DNA of 64,000 nucleotides from Lama guanicoe (GCA_013239625.1 MU053513.1:2406927-2470926); one strand, 5' to 3'. Counted from the first letter of the stretch, positions 25,011 to 39,739 are shown. Notes: a model not told the origin generated them from the letters alone. Numbers and translations are program-made.

Positions 25011-28000
25011 AAAACATCTAAAGCAACAATCAAAAAGAAATAATAAGCAAAAAACAAAAAGCACCTGCAGGGCTAGTTTAGGACCTCCTGAAGTGATCTC
25101 ATTATTATTTTTTTTTTTCTTTTTCGGCTTCAGTTAACCACCGCTATGTTGCTGATCCCCAGACCTATATTCTCTGGTCCAGACCACTCTCCAGAGAGGG
25201 AGATGATACTCAGTTATCTATGAAACATCTCAATGTGGGCTCGCCAAGGAATGTGTCCAAAATGAGCCTCTTATCGGGCCCCTTTCCACCCACCAACACA
25301 CACAAGGGCCCACACACAGGCCCAACCTCTCTTCCTGTTTGAAGCTGGATGGTGACTTTAGAGTCAGTTTTAAGTCTCTCCTCTTTTCCATTTCCCACCT
25401 TCAGTCACAAAGGGTCACAAAGTCCTATCAGTTCTCACTTTGAAATAGCTTTTACATGCGACCGTTCTACACCCAATTCTGCTGTCACTTCCCTCTTTGA
25501 CGACCCCATCTTTCGCCTGAAGAAACCCACCAACCTTGAACCATTTCTCTGACTGCCTCCCTTCTTTGCACTGACGTTCCCCACACACTGAGGTTTCAGA
25601 CAGATGGAGAGAGAGACCGTGAGGGGAACTGATGGAAGATGAAATTAGCTGTTCTCAACTTTCCATTCTGGTCAGAATCAGCCTGGGCTCTTCACGGGCC
25701 TTTCTGAAGGGAATGAGATGTGTGGATAAGTGTTACTGTTCAGGAAAATCAGAGAAGAAAAAAGTCAGAAAATATCCTGAGAATTAACTAAATCTGTTCT
25801 ATCTGACAGCTGTCAACAGTAAAGAAGGCTGATTTTCTGAGCATCCAGCGTTCAGAAGGTGGTTGGGAGGTATGTGCTGAATGAAGGCTGGAACACACTT
25901 AGGAACCTGGAAACTCCCTGCCCATCGCCCCTGTCCTACTCTGATTTCAGAGTCTTAAAATCCTTCTATCAACAAAGAGAAAGAAGGACCTATCTTGTAT
26001 TAAGTCAGAGGATATTTATTTTTCTAGAAAGGACAATAAACACTGGACTGAATTTGGGGGATCTCCTGTTTCTTGGGAACTGACGAAGGAGAATGGAAAT
26101 GACCTTGTATCAAGGGAATACTTTATTTTCTAGTCTTATGTCTTTTCCTCTAGTCTTACCTTCTGCTTCTACCCAAAGGAAGCTCTCTGAGCCTGAATGT
26201 GTTCAAGCACAGTTAATTATGCTTAATAAATAAGTTAGAAATTATTTGTCTACTATGATTTTTAAATTTCCACTTGAAATGGTTATCTAGAGCAAATTTC
26301 TCTGCTTCAAATTCATTCACTAACTTTCAATTACCTGACCAATTATGGATAACCTTCTCACCTGGCATTTAAAGCTCTTCACCCACTTACCTTTCCACCT
26401 TCAGCCCTCAGCTCATTTACATCAGGACGGGCTGGAGCCCAATGAGCTCCATGCTGCTTTCTGAACATATCCTATCGAAGTCCTTTTCTTGCTTTGGCTT
26501 AGTTTTTTTTTTTTTTCCTATCTGGAATGTCTTCGGTTTGGCTCCTTCTGTGATCCTTTGAGGCCCAGATTAATTATTTCCTCCTTCATGAAGACATTCC
26601 TGGTCCCTATCCCCTATACCTTTTAAAAATGGACATGAGGCCTCTTTCTTCTAAATCTTAAATTACATAGAAATTCAAACAATGATTATATCCATAAGAT
26701 ATATTACATGGTCCTTCCAAAACCTTGATTATTTTATCACTCTAGATTATAGTTTTTTTAAATAATTATTTTCTGTGTTAATTTCTTGACACTGACCATG
26801 ATGTTGTAATCAATTCTGCATCTCATGGGACAACCAAAGGGCATCTTCAGTTCCTGGATATGATTGATTCCCTGTCTCCTTTGCCAGCTCCTCTTCTACA
26901 GAACTATTACATTGGATCTTTTCAGGGTTCCATCTTGAATTCTCCTAATATCATGTGTTTTTTTTTCTTTTAATGTTGTCTACTTCTATGGATTTAGATA
27001 ATAATATTTGCTTGCTAACAACTTCCAAATGTGTATCTTCAGTTTCAATTTTTCATTTGGACTTCAAACCCATATAGCTAAAAGCCAACTCAGATATCTA
27101 AGATTCAAGACGTATGATTACATCCTTGAACTTCTTTAAATCTAGGAAGGAGAAGAAAAAAGAGGAATCATTTTTTTTAAAGGAAAATAACCCCTATTAA
27201 AAGAAAGAGAAGACTTTTCCAATGGTCCTAGAATTGCCCACTCCTAAAAGGGCCTTAGAATCATCCAGCGCATGTCCTCATTTGTAGGCAAAACCCCACA
27301 ACTTCTGGTACAAAGTCCAATGCTCTATCTACTACATCACCACGTAAACTCTGCTATGAACCTTAGAAATATTTTGAGTATCTAAGATTCATTATCAGTA
27401 GCTCAACAATTAATGCAGTTTCAAAAGACAAGAGATTATAAAGCTAAAAATAAATCTTTCAGGTTTATTCCATTTGGGCAACCTCACTAGTACTACTTAA
27501 TTACCTGATAATAATGTCCTCTAAATTAAGGACCAACCCCACAATGAACTCCTTCAAAGAGAGGATTCCTTCCACCTCAGACTCCAGCCACACCTGCACA
27601 TACCTCAGAGAAAAACATCCTTCAGGGAAACCTGTCAGTGGCCTTTTCTCCCGGGGAAAGGCTCACTCACAGAAGAAACAGGCCATGATTTTTGCTGTGT
27701 ATATTTTTCATACTACACTCTCTAGTATAAGCAACCAAATAAACTTCAAGTTTGGTTCTTTCTTCAATCTGAAGATCTGTTTTTTCAAATAAAAGACAGT
27801 AAATCAGATATTTGCTTTAAAGAGCTGGGTACCAAGAAAATAAAAAAGTGACAGACAGGGACAGTATGTATAGTACATATGGCAAAGGCATAAAAACTTA
27901 ACTATCTAATGAGCTTCAGGTGGATGTAAAAATGCTAAGACCACTGAAAACAAGTCAGAGGACAAGTTACCAAAGGGAGCTGTACAATGAACAAAGATGT

Positions 28001-28124
28001 GCAAACCTTTCAGCCCCACTGGAGGTGTTTTTATTGCCTGCTATTTTTCTTCTGAAAAATTAAGAGTGGTTTTACCTCTGCAGAAGATCACCTTTCCTGT
28101 TACACTCGAGGAAAGTTCAGAGTG

Positions 28125-28405
28125 CTTGAGGGGTGTCGGGAGCCAGACTCTGGTTCTTTCTCATATAAACAAATGATCTCTCAGAGTCTCTCAGCTTTGG
28201 TGAGAAATTGGTACAACACCTCAAAGGGTTATGGTCAGTTATACATGAGATGTTACACGTTCAGGGTCTGGCACAGAAGCCGAACCTAGTAATTGTAAGC
28301 TCATGAGAGCAGGACTTAATTTGGTTCATGGCTGTATTCCCAGGAGTTAGAAAGGATCTGGACTTTTCAGGCATTTAATAATTATTATAATAATAATTCT
28401 TGAAT
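28125..28405 (+). mobile_element. MIR fragment followed by L2 3' end
   Basis: 'ggagccagactctggtt...acctcaaagggttatgg'; then 'ttgtaagctcatgagagcaggac...tggttcatggctgtattcccagg'. Confidence 0.6.
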
Positions 28406-30400
28406 TATTGCATCAAAGTGATTTGAATTACCACCTTGCAACAGACCTTTTTTTCACAAATTCCAAATGTTCTGTGTAAATGCTACGACCAAAGGTCTTT
28501 AGTTTTTGTGCTAAGTTTACCATGCAATTTTTCAACATCTGGATAATTTCTCCTCTTCAAAAAAAAAAATTAAACAAGAAATTTAAATCATAATAACCAA
28601 CTAATACAACACTAATTTTATTTCTAAATTATTAATATTATTCCTAGTTATTCAACATTCACAGAAGAATTAAATTGCCAACCTACACCTGTACATATAC
28701 GTATTTATTCAATTCAACACGAGTATGCGATGCCTTATTCACTGAATATCGCCACTACTGATGATTTGTGCCTAAATGCTAACTCCTGAAGAGAGCTCAT
28801 GGTTTTATGGGTCTTTGGTGGGATTTTTAAAAAAGAAATTCTGCATGACAGATGATATTAAAAAGGAGAAAACCCATAATCTGATTTTCCCCCCTATTTA
28901 GACATTGTATTGGTTTCCTTTTATTAATCTCAGCAACAGAATCATTTTGACGTACTATTGTTATTTTTTCCTCATTTCCCACATATTTCCAAAAAAGGTT
29001 TTAGAGTAGTCCATTTTAACATGCTGTTATGTCTTCAATATTTGGTTCCCTGGAAGCAGCTGTAAAATTGAGTATACACAGCTAGCTCAGAATAACATAC
29101 CATGGAAGCAATTTTCTTGTGACAAATAAATAAAAGTGTTTATTACATGCCCACATACCTATTCTGCTGCAGTAATTTCTATTAAATCAGAAATTAGGCA
29201 AAGTGAAACCTGACTTAGAAAACAACCAAGAGCAGAATGAAATGAAAATAATTATAGTCTAATTTGTGAATAGTGCATACAGCTTTAAAGCATTACCTAC
29301 AGTTTCATAAATATAATTGATTAGCTCAAAATTTCAAAATCATGCCCCAAGACCCCACGGAGGCTTTCTGAAAGGGGGCTGTCTATCTCTTTCTTTCTTT
29401 TTTTTCTTTCCTTCAGGATTGCTTCAGAGGATCTGCCAAGCAAAGTCTTCCCTTTTAACCCGTTAATAACTACTAAAATATTCACAGTATTCCCCTGGCT
29501 TCCACCACATCTCACATCGCCAGGTTTTAGCATGCAGGCCTTATTCTCAACCCAATTACCTGGATATGAAGCAGGAATTTCGCAGCTGTCACCAAACACC
29601 TATACCATTTTAGAAAGGCATTGCTATCAATAACCAAAAAACGGGCATTTTATTGCAGACAGTATGTGAAATTACACCTCACTGACAAAAGCATTGCAGA
29701 ACTCGGGTGATAATATTATTATAGTAATTACCATATGTCTTACATCAAATGCAACTCCAGTTTTGTTATCATTCAGGTTTCTAGAAGGAGATAGGAGAGA
29801 GCTGTCACAGTTAGACAGTTTGTCCTCTATTCACCTGCCAGCTAGGCTTTCTATTCTGCTAAAGGAAATACAATTATAACTCCATTTGCATTGAGAACAA
29901 GAGAAGCCCTGGGTTAATTACAGGTAAGGTTCTGTTTACATTCCCTGGGGCTAGCCACAGCCAGATTCCATTTCTGAGGTGAAAAAAGCTGCTGGAGTTT
30001 GAACTAAAGCCACATTTTTTTTTTCTTCTACTCTTGAAATTCTGTGTGGCCAAAGGGAGCCTGCCACTCAAAAATCTTCCAAATGTAACCTCAGGAACCT
30101 CCATTTTCCAGAGTCTGAATGTAGTTAAGGTAAGGTCAGAACCCAAAGCCTAGACAAAAGCAAAGAAGGATGGAGGTTTGAGGCTGTTCATGTGACGATC
30201 AGGAAAAGAGGGTGGCAACATGTTTATTATTAGTGTTATATAATCACTTGATTTAAAATGTAAGACAAAGGAGTAGCAACAGGAGAGAGCCTGAATGCCT
30301 GTTCACTAAGAGGGCTGACTATTTACTGACAGCAGACGGAGTTTTGGAAAAATGATTTTCTTCATCTGTAAGGCTTCTTGGCCTCTTTTGGTTTTCAGGA

Positions 30401-30422
30401 TTTTTTTTTTTTTTTTTTTTTT
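30401..30422. repeat. Poly(T) run, 22 nt
   Basis: Directly visible. Confidence 0.95.
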
Positions 30423-30659
30423 ATGGCCAAGGAAAGGATGCTGTACTAACCTCAGCTGATGTCAGGGATGTGTCTCCGGACTCCTGAGTTCATAGAAGAG
30501 AATGATTTCTCCGGATTTAGATTCAGCTTTCCAAAAATAGGGGTACAGTAAGTCTTCTGCCGTTTGTGGTCTTGCCAAGGTAATCGCAGACCGTTTACCT
30601 GTCTGGCTACAATCTAATAATCTTCTAAATTCTGTATAGTACTCTAGGTGTGTAAAGCC

Positions 30660-30895
30660 AGCCTCTCCCAGTCATTGTCCATCATACCTCTCTATTTTAT
30701 TTTGCTCATACTTATTACTTATTATCTGATATATCCTTTTTTTATTACATATTTGTTTAGTTGTTTCTTTTTGGTTTCATTCTCTCTGCCTTCTCCCATC
30801 ACATGCACATAAGAATGCTAGCTCCCTGAAAGCTGGCTCTTTATTTGGAGCCTAGAACAGCGCTAGACACATAACAGGTTCTTAATCATTATATT
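30660..30895 (+). mobile_element. L2 3' end
   Basis: 'agaatgctagctccctgaaagc...agcctagaacagcgctagacacataacagg'. Confidence 0.7.
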
Positions 30896-33789
30896 AAATG
30901 TAGAATAAACTGGTATAATAAGTTCAGAAGATCTGAATGTTGGCCCTGGCAGTAACCACCGCCAGAGCGCCCTCTGTACACAGATGAGATGATGTAGATA
31001 CAGAGGGTGCTTTCTTTGCAGGCCATTTCTCTAGGAGCAAAATTTTGAGATACATTCAAGAAATAAAATAAAAACAATTCTAGTTTTATGGTCCTAGATT
31101 CTTCTAAAGAAAAGACAAGCTATCTCTAAAAGAGCTGTAATGCATGCACAGTTTCCAGAAGAACCATCTTAGAGAAAAATGAGGGATGATTCTGACCTCG
31201 TTTTACTTAAATCAGAAGAAGAAAGAGATGGGAACTGAAAGTAGTCCCAGTGGGAAGGATAAAGTAAAGCAATAGACTCCCTCTCTAGTGAGGATGGTGG
31301 CAGAGGCCATCTCATGCAAGGAATTCGTCCTACACATTCCTTATTTCCACCCTGAAGACCTAAATTATGTGTGTTATCTGTGTGACTCTGCTAAGTTAAA
31401 AAAAGGAAACAAGACAAAAGTGTAGTTTGTCAAGAGGCATGAAAACCATTCATGAGGGCAAGAGGGGTGGCCTTGGCAACAGCTTTGGAAACTGGACTGT
31501 GTTTCTCACTTTAATGGAGACAAACCAAAATCCTGCCGCCTTCAACTCCCAGGGAGATTCCATTATGGAATCAGCTTTGGAGAGCTTCTCAGCTCCTCAT
31601 AGAAGCTGAGCTGTACTCGGCAAGACTCTCATTTGTGTCCAGCGCACTTGCCGTCTCATTCCCAACAGCAGTTGTACACGTTTGTCCACTTTCCTGAAGC
31701 CCCTGCTCAACAGTATCCCACTTACTCTCAGCAGATGGCAAGACTGAATTCACGTAAATCCCCTGACTTCTCACCTGCATGCTTACTTCCACATGTATGC
31801 TAATTTCTTTCCTTCTAGTCTGAGAGAAAGGCGTCTTCCCCCATCTCTGGCTAATTCTTCATGCTGTCCACCCGACCTGTGCCCTGTCACAAAATCCTGG
31901 ACCTCACTCGAGCAATAATCCTCTTCTTTCCCATACCGACAACCTCCCTTCTAGTGACTCTTCATGGCCAGCAAACGTAAAAGTCTCCTCCATCGTTTAA
32001 GGAAAACTCTTTCCTTGACTCATTATTCCCCTTTGTGAATTCCTCTATGGGAATATTTACCTCTACTTCTTCATCCCTAAGTTATTTAGTGACTCATTAA
32101 AATCCAACTTCCAACCCTTCTCACTAAGGTAAAAAAAAAATCACTTCAATACATTAAGATGGCAAGAAGGGGTTCGCTCAGTAGAATTAATCAAATATCA
32201 CCTTGTGCTAAAGCTCATGATAGGCAGCGTGCCATGAGAATATACAGATGATAGGCCTGAATTCTGCTAGGGTGCACACGAGGGAGAAGGATATAGTGAG
32301 GGTGTGGACAGGGAACAGGACCCGAACAGCCTTGGGAGTGATTAACTGACCTGGGCACAGGGTTGGGTAGGGGACAGGGGACGGCAAGAGGCTGTATCCC
32401 AAAGAGTAAAGATGAAAAACTCTGAGACTTGGCAAGAGCAGACACATACATTTCCAAAACAAGTCACCTTCTTACCTACAGCTATCCAGTTATGCACCTG
32501 GCCCTTGTTAGATGGGGCGACTCACCTATCTGATTTAGGTGAAATGCCATGGAAACTACAAGCAAAACCTGCAATGGTTCAAAACAACTCCAAAACCTAG
32601 GTATGGCAAGGGACCCACTGTGCTGCATTTATTTGCTATGAAATTGGAAAAAACGCCCCTCCTGAACGACAATATATTAAGGACTTAATGTGACGCAGTT
32701 GATATAGTACAAATAATCACAAGCGTTTCCTTTTATTAAAAGTCACACTTCCAAAGCATAATTTCTGTGCAGCACACTATAATGAATATAGCTGCAATAC
32801 ATCACATTGTGTTAAAAGGCAATGGAGGATGAAAATACAAGTACAGTATTCAAAACAATTCAGATTAGGATAAAGCTGTCGACCTTTATGTTCTATTCCC
32901 TGGTCTTAGCAAAGAAAAAAGAGCGGGCAACGACAGAGTTGGTAGTAAAATGTGAGGCTATATTTCACCCTTGTTGGTGCTAGATGTCCCACAATATAAA
33001 CTGCTGAGTAACAAACAGCCAAGTCATACGAGGTCTATCTGGGGGCTCCTCCCGGCTGTGTGATTGCTCCCAGATTGTCCCCATCAAGCTTCCTTTTCCT
33101 CCAATAAATCACACATTGAAAAGATCACCGCTTTCTACTCTAAAACCCAAATTAGGCCCTACAATATATGGTTAATCTCCTGGAAAGCAGCATTAATAGT
33201 GGCATACACAATTATACGGGAATCAAAAATAAACAACTTTAACAGATTTACGAACAACCTTTAAGAATAAGCTCATCCATCAAATTTAAATGCTTGGATA
33301 ACAAAATAATGGCACCTATTAGACAAGCCTAAAGAGAATGGATATATTTGACTGTTGCCAAGAGTAACAAAACACGATGGAAATCACAAGATACTCTACA
33401 GTTAAGGGGAAAAAAACCAAAACAAAACTATGTCCCATTAAAACAAATGGGACAGGTGCAAAGAAAAAACTTGAAGGCTCAATTAAAACCATGTCTACTA
33501 AAACACACAAATTTAATGCATGTTTATTTTTCCACTAGGGTTATTTTTTCTTAACATGTACCTCATCTTTTTTTTTTAGGTATCACAACTGGGCCTTTGC
33601 TAAATAAATCCCTGTCCCTTTCCGAACAGTGATAAAGGAAAAATAGTCTCACTTCACTTTCAGTCTCTCTTGTTACTAAAATTTTGAAGCTCACAGCCTG
33701 CTTTAGTTTTTCCACCTGCTTATCATCTCATTACCCTCCAATATAGTATTATTTATAGTGTTGAGAGACTGGTACAATATATATACAGC

Positions 33790-34800
33790 CAACGGTAAAG
33801 AAACAGGTAAACCATGGTACATTTCTCAAATATATTTTATATAGTCATTAAAATATTTTACTAGAATTTTTCATAATAAGGGAACGTTCAAAACAATAAA
33901 ATGTTAAAAAGACAAAAGCCAGATATAAAATTGTCTCCACTGTTATTTAAAGGTATTAACATTTATATGTAATTTGAATATATCATAAACAAATCAAAAG
34001 ACAAATGATAAATTGGGAAAATATTTGCAATACATTACAGACATGAATTTTTTACTTATAACATAAAATGAATTTTTACAAAGCAATTGTAAACAAGACA
34101 AAAATTCCAATTTGAAAATGGGCAGTTCCCAAAATAAATAAAATGGTCCAAAAAATGTTTGACTGTACTATTAATGGAAAACTATTAATGAAAATGACCT
34201 ACCATTTTTACCTAATGGATGGGATAGTCTCAAAGAGCTATTAAGCACAAAAATACATGTACAAAGAGCTTCATGGAAGCATTATTTCAGAGAATGGAAA
34301 ACTAGAAACAGCCTACATACTCATAAATAAGGGATTGGCTGCATCATTTCTCAAACATCTGTCTACTCATTTAAAAGAATTATCTGCATGCATTAAAAAG
34401 AATTTTAAAAAAATATTTCCTGCTATGGAAAGATCTCCCTGAAATTCAGTTGGATAAAACAAAAGCCAGATGCAGGGTATGACAGAGAGATGACCCCTTA
34501 TGTAAACTACAGTGATTGAATGTGTAGGCATGAAAAAGAGATGACTGGAAGTTCACTGATCTATTAACAATGGCTGCCTCTGGGTGACGGGGTTAGATAT
34601 ACCTTTTTTCCCCCCACAATACTTGAATTTTCCAACTAATCATGCTTCTTTAGTTTTAGGAAAATATTTACATGCAAAGATAAGAATGATTATCACTTGA
34701 TAGCAGGATTACATGATTTTTTTCTCTTTTAGAGCTTTCAGTATTTTCTCAGTTTTCTACGACTACTTTACTTCATTTCCAAAACAAGAAAAACAATAAA
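33790..34800 (+). mobile_element. Decayed L1ME-like ORF2 end / 3' UTR fragments
   Basis: 'cataaacaaatcaaaagacaaatgataaattgggaaaatatttgcaa', 'ggaaaactagaaacagcct', 'ttaacaatggctgcctctggg'. Confidence 0.7.
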
Positions 34801-36415
34801 GTAAATAACAAGAGAGAAAAGAGCCCTGGAATCATTTGCTGACTCCTACTCCCCTGATCCAGTTAGACAGACCCTTTTGCTCACTTTTCCCACAAATGTG
34901 TCACTGGACTGGGAGGCAGATCTTCTGCTGACATAGCGGGATTTCAGTAACCAGGGAGCCTGAAAAAGCTGCTCGCCGGTTGGAAGCCCTGGTGTCAGTG
35001 TTGCCGGCTGACGGTTTAAAATGTGTCAGCCTAGATCCCAGCTATCTCTTTAGACAGTTTATCACTGGTTATCTTTTTAAATATTGTTTCTCTAAAGTTG
35101 GCAAAAGCAAAACCTGCAGAGTTTTTAAAATGGCAATCTGTATTTCCCACAGTTTCAATGAATGGAAGGAATGTTTACATTCATCAATGTAACTTCTGAA
35201 AAAAATTAGGACCTAGGTTTTTATCTCTATATTTGTTTTCAAAACATTTAACTAATGATGGAATGTGTCACATAGAACACACAGACTATTGTTTTTCTTC
35301 TTTGGGTATCAAAATTTGGCTTGGATGACTCCCTAATGATAGAGGCTTTAAAACTCCTGAATGTATTTCCATGAGAGGCTCTGTCATTTGAAATTTCAAA
35401 GAAAGGACAGATCACTCTTATGAGTTAATTTGAGTACAATATTGACTGAAGGCAGAAAAATATACTCTGCTCTGTTCTGTTCACCCCTACGATCTTCAAG
35501 AATAAGTTACTCTGATAGCAAAGATAAATGTGTCTCTGGCTTTGAGTTGGCAAATTCAAATAGATTGCTGGTCTTTAAGGAAACCAGGCCAGCCAGAATT
35601 ACTTACTCTTTTTAGTTTCAAAAAAGTGAACAAAATCTAGTTACTGCTCATGGGTCTATACTGGTCAGGAATGTTTGGACCCAGAAGGGTACATATTTCT
35701 TAATCCTTCAAGGTCTCTTGGAAACCCTTGTCCCCTTAGTTGGTATTGCCCTTGATCTGGAACCCTGGATATTTAAGCTAATAAGACTGTTGATGCTCCA
35801 TCATAGGAGTAGAGCAGAGAGGACTTCTGGTATGTAGGTGGCAGTAGGTGAGGAAGCTAAAGAAACATGTTTGAAATTGTCCACTGGTAAAGTTGATACT
35901 ACAGAGAAAAGAAGACATGCAAAGATTCTGGTTATAAACATTTTAGGAGGAGGGGAGTGTGTCAAATACTTCCATGTCCTCCACAAAGTCCAATAAGCGG
36001 GTACACACAAACTGTGATCTCAGTGACGTATGTGGACACACTCAATCAGGCAACAAACATTTGTGCGTCTCTTTATCAAAGTAACTGTGGTTGGAATATC
36101 GAGACGCACGAGATGGACCCGCCATCAGGAAACGTGATTTGAATGAACCCTCCTAAAGAGAAACATCGTCTCTGGACACTTAGGTAGTGGAGCCTCCATT
36201 CAGTTTCACTCCTCACAGTTGGCACTGGAGTGGAAGGGCTTAGTGGAGTGCAAAAGCAATGCCACTGAACAGACCTTGGTTTGTGAGCTTTGAAGATATA
36301 AGTAATATTACTTTTATCTGGAAGAAAAAGTCTTTAATTCAGGCCTCAACTCATTCACACACTTACATACTTAGACATACATTTAACACTAATCCACACT
36401 AATACTCTTATGCGC

Positions 36416-36425
<10 letters not shown>

Positions 36426-36474
<49 letters not shown>
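36426..36474. repeat. (TC)n(CA)n microsatellite
   Basis: Directly visible. Confidence 0.97.
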
Positions 36475-36949
36475 AACAAATTAAGAGAATTCAGCAGAAA
36501 TCCGTCTCTCCCACTCTTTGGTATCACAGCAGGGCTGAGTTTCCCCTACTCGGCTCTAATGCTCATTTTAGTACCATCATGCTGTGTTTATTTGACCACG
36601 TTTTCAATAGGACTTTCATTTGATGCATTTGCAAAAGCCCAGGAGTACAGCATGCAGTTTCTTTTCACTGGAATGGCACATTCTTTTTTGAGGTGTTATT
36701 TCTGTGAATATCTGTATGGTGTTTCCTAGATGTGTGAGGGGGGCCGTCATACCTTGGGATCATGCTTTTCCAAACACACTTAATTGTGTCAATTGTTCTG
36801 CTGCAAATGAAATCTAACCTCAGTGGGGCTAGTGATGGAACTCATAATCCTTTCATTTATCTCTAGCTGACAAACAAGTACCTTCTACATGAGCTGCCCT
36901 GTGGCTATAAGTCTCCAGTCTCTATCCCTGACCCTCCACTCACTCTTTC

Positions 36950-39690
36950 TTTTTTCATTAGGTAATATCGTTTAATTATTTAAAATTAACTTTCTGTTTT
37001 GAAACATTTGTAGATTCATATATAGTTATATGGAATAATAGAGAGAGATCTTGAGTGCCTTTTGTGCAGTATCATCCAAATTGTAACATCTTGCAAAATT
37101 AAAGTGCGATATCACAACCAGGGTATTGACGATGCCACCAATGGTCAAAACATTTTCATCACCACAAGGATTCTTCATGTTGCTCTTTTAGAGCCACACT
37201 GACCTCTCCTTCCCACTCTCAGTTGCTTCTCCCTGACCTCCTGGAAGCCGCTAATCTGTTCTCCATTTCTTTAATTTTGTCTTTTCAAGAGTATCATATA
37301 AATGGAATCACCCAGTAGGTTACTTAAGACTGGCTTTTTTCACTCAGCATAATTTCCTGCAGATTCATGTGAGTTGTCATATCAATCATTTGTTCCCTTT
37401 GTTGCTGAGTAGTATCACATGGCATGGATACGCCACAATTTGTTCATCCATTCACCCACTGAAGGACATCTGGCTTGTTTCCAATTTTTAATTATTATGA
37501 ATAAAGCTGCTATAAACATTTTTGTACAGGTTTTTGTGTGACCATAAGTTCTCATTTCTCTGGGATAAATTACCAGACTGTTATTGCTAGATGATGTAAC
37601 TATTTTATGAGAAACGACTGAACTGTTTGCTATGTCAGGCACAGCAAAGTAGCTGTTTCGTTTCACATCCCTACCAGCAATGTGTGAGTGATTCAGTTAC
37701 TGGTGAAGCTTAGGTGCTGTCACTAATTTCTATTGAGCTATTCTCGTAGGTAGGCAGTGATACCTCATTGCAATTTTAATTTACATTTAATTGATGACTA
37801 AAAATGCTGAACATCTTTTCACGTGCTTATTTGCCCTGTATCTACCAGCTTCAGTGAAATGTCTGTTCATTTCTTTGTCCATTTCTTAACTGGGATAGTT
37901 CATTTTTACTGCTGAATTTTGATAGTTCTTTATATAGTCTAGATACTAATCCTTTGTTGGATATGTGGTTTGTAACTATTTTCTTCCAAATTATATCTCA
38001 TCTTTTCTCTCTCTTAACAGTCTTTGTTGAGCAAAAGTTTTCAATTTCAATGAGGTACAGTGTATCAATTTTTCCTTGTATGGATCTTGCTTTTGGTGTC
38101 AAGACAAAGAACTCTGCCTTGCCTTAGATGCTGAAGATTTTCTCCTAATATTCTTTTCTGAAAGTTTTATATTTTTATATTTTACTTTAAGTCTATAATG
38201 CATTTTGAGTTACTGATTTATAAGGTGTGAGGTCTAAGTAAAGTTTCACTTTTTTTTGCCTATGGATGTCCAATTCCTCCAGTACCATTTGTTGAGAAAG
38301 CTATCCTTTGTTCATTGAGTAGCTTTTGCACCTTTGTTGAAAATCAATATTTGTATGGGCATATTTGTACGGGTCTATATCTGGGTTCTCTGTTCTATTC
38401 CAATGATCTATGTGCCTATTCCTCCAGCAATGCCACACCATCCTGAGTACTATAGCTATATAGTGGGCTTCATTATAAGGTAGAGTGATTACTCTTACTT
38501 TAATCTTTCTTTGCAAGATCATTTGAGCTGTTCTAAGGCCTGTGTGTTTCCATATAAATTTTAGAATAAGCTTATCTATGGCTGCAAACAATTTTGCTTG
38601 GATTTTGGCAGGAATTACAAAGGCTCACCTACATTTAGTCTTCCAATCCATGAATATAATGTCTTTCCATTTATTTAAGTCTTCTTTGATTTCTTCTATC
38701 TGTATTTTGTGGTTGTCAACATATGGATTCTTACATGTTTTTGTTAAGTCTGAAGTATTTAATTTTCTTTGGAGCAGTTATAAATCATTCTGAGTTTTTG
38801 ATTTTGATTTCCACATGGCCATTGTGAGCATATAGAAATCCAACAGATTTCTGCATGTTGATCATTTATCCTGTGACCATAGTGGACTCATTCGTTCTAG
38901 CATGATTTTTTTTTTCCTTTTAGATTCTTTGGAATTTCCTATGAAGATAATCATGCCATCTGCAAAGAGACAGTTTTATTTCTTCTTTTCCAATACATAT
39001 GCTTTTAAAATTTCTTTTCTTGCCTTACTTCAGTGGCTGGAACTTTCAATCCTATGCTTCATCAGAATGATGCCAAACATCCTTTCCTTGTTCCCCACTC
39101 TAAAAGGAAAACATTGCTTCTCGTTGTTAAGCATGATGTTAGCTGTATGTATTTTAGGTGTTCTTTATTAAGTTGAGTATGTTCCCCCTTATTTTTAGAT
39201 TGCTGAGAGTCTTGATCATAAACAGGTGCAGGATTTTGTCAAATGCTCTTCTGTATCAATTGATAATGATTATATGTTTTCCTCCTTTAGCTTTTTGATT
39301 GATTTTCAAGTGGTGAATTATATTTATATCCAGAGATTTCCTTTTCTGGAACTTTTAAATTACAAATCTAAGTTCATTCATGGTTTTAGGACTGTTTAGG
39401 TTGAGGTGTGGTAGTTTATTGTTTTTAAGAGCTTGGCTTATTTCTTCTAAGTTGTCAAATGTATCAATGTAAAGTTACTCATACTGTTCCACTATTGCCA
39501 TTTTAATGGATGTGGATTTGTAGTGATATCCTTGTTTTATTCCTGACACTGGCGATTTGTGTCTTCTCTCTTTATATCTCTTCCAGTGTTGCTAGAGGTT
39601 TGTCAATTTTATTGATTTTTTTGAAGAACTAGCTTTTTGTTTCATTGATTTTCTTTTCGTTTCATTGTTTTCTTGTTTTCAGTTTCTCAC
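36950..39690 (-). mobile_element. L1 (L1MC1/2-like), ~2.7 kb 3' part
   Basis: Minus-strand ORF2 peptides 'KTCTKMFIAALFII..NWKQARCPSVGEW' (37415-37666) and 'IDKLILKFIWK...WRNRHIDHWNRTENP' (38301-38591); L1MC-type 3' end 'gtaacatcttgcaaaa...atatcacaaccagggtattgac'. Confidence 0.92.
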
Positions 39691-39739
39691 TCTTCTTTAT
39701 ACTGAAAATCATGTCTCCAAGACAGGAAAAGAAGAACTT

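Noticed and set aside
29417..29523. Strong polypyrimidine acceptor at 29416
   Set aside because: No good donor nearby and the peptide is unrecognisable.
30451..30598. Possible minus-strand exon (ag|GTAAAC...CTGAG|gttagt)
   Set aside because: Stops in all three frames and a poor acceptor tract.
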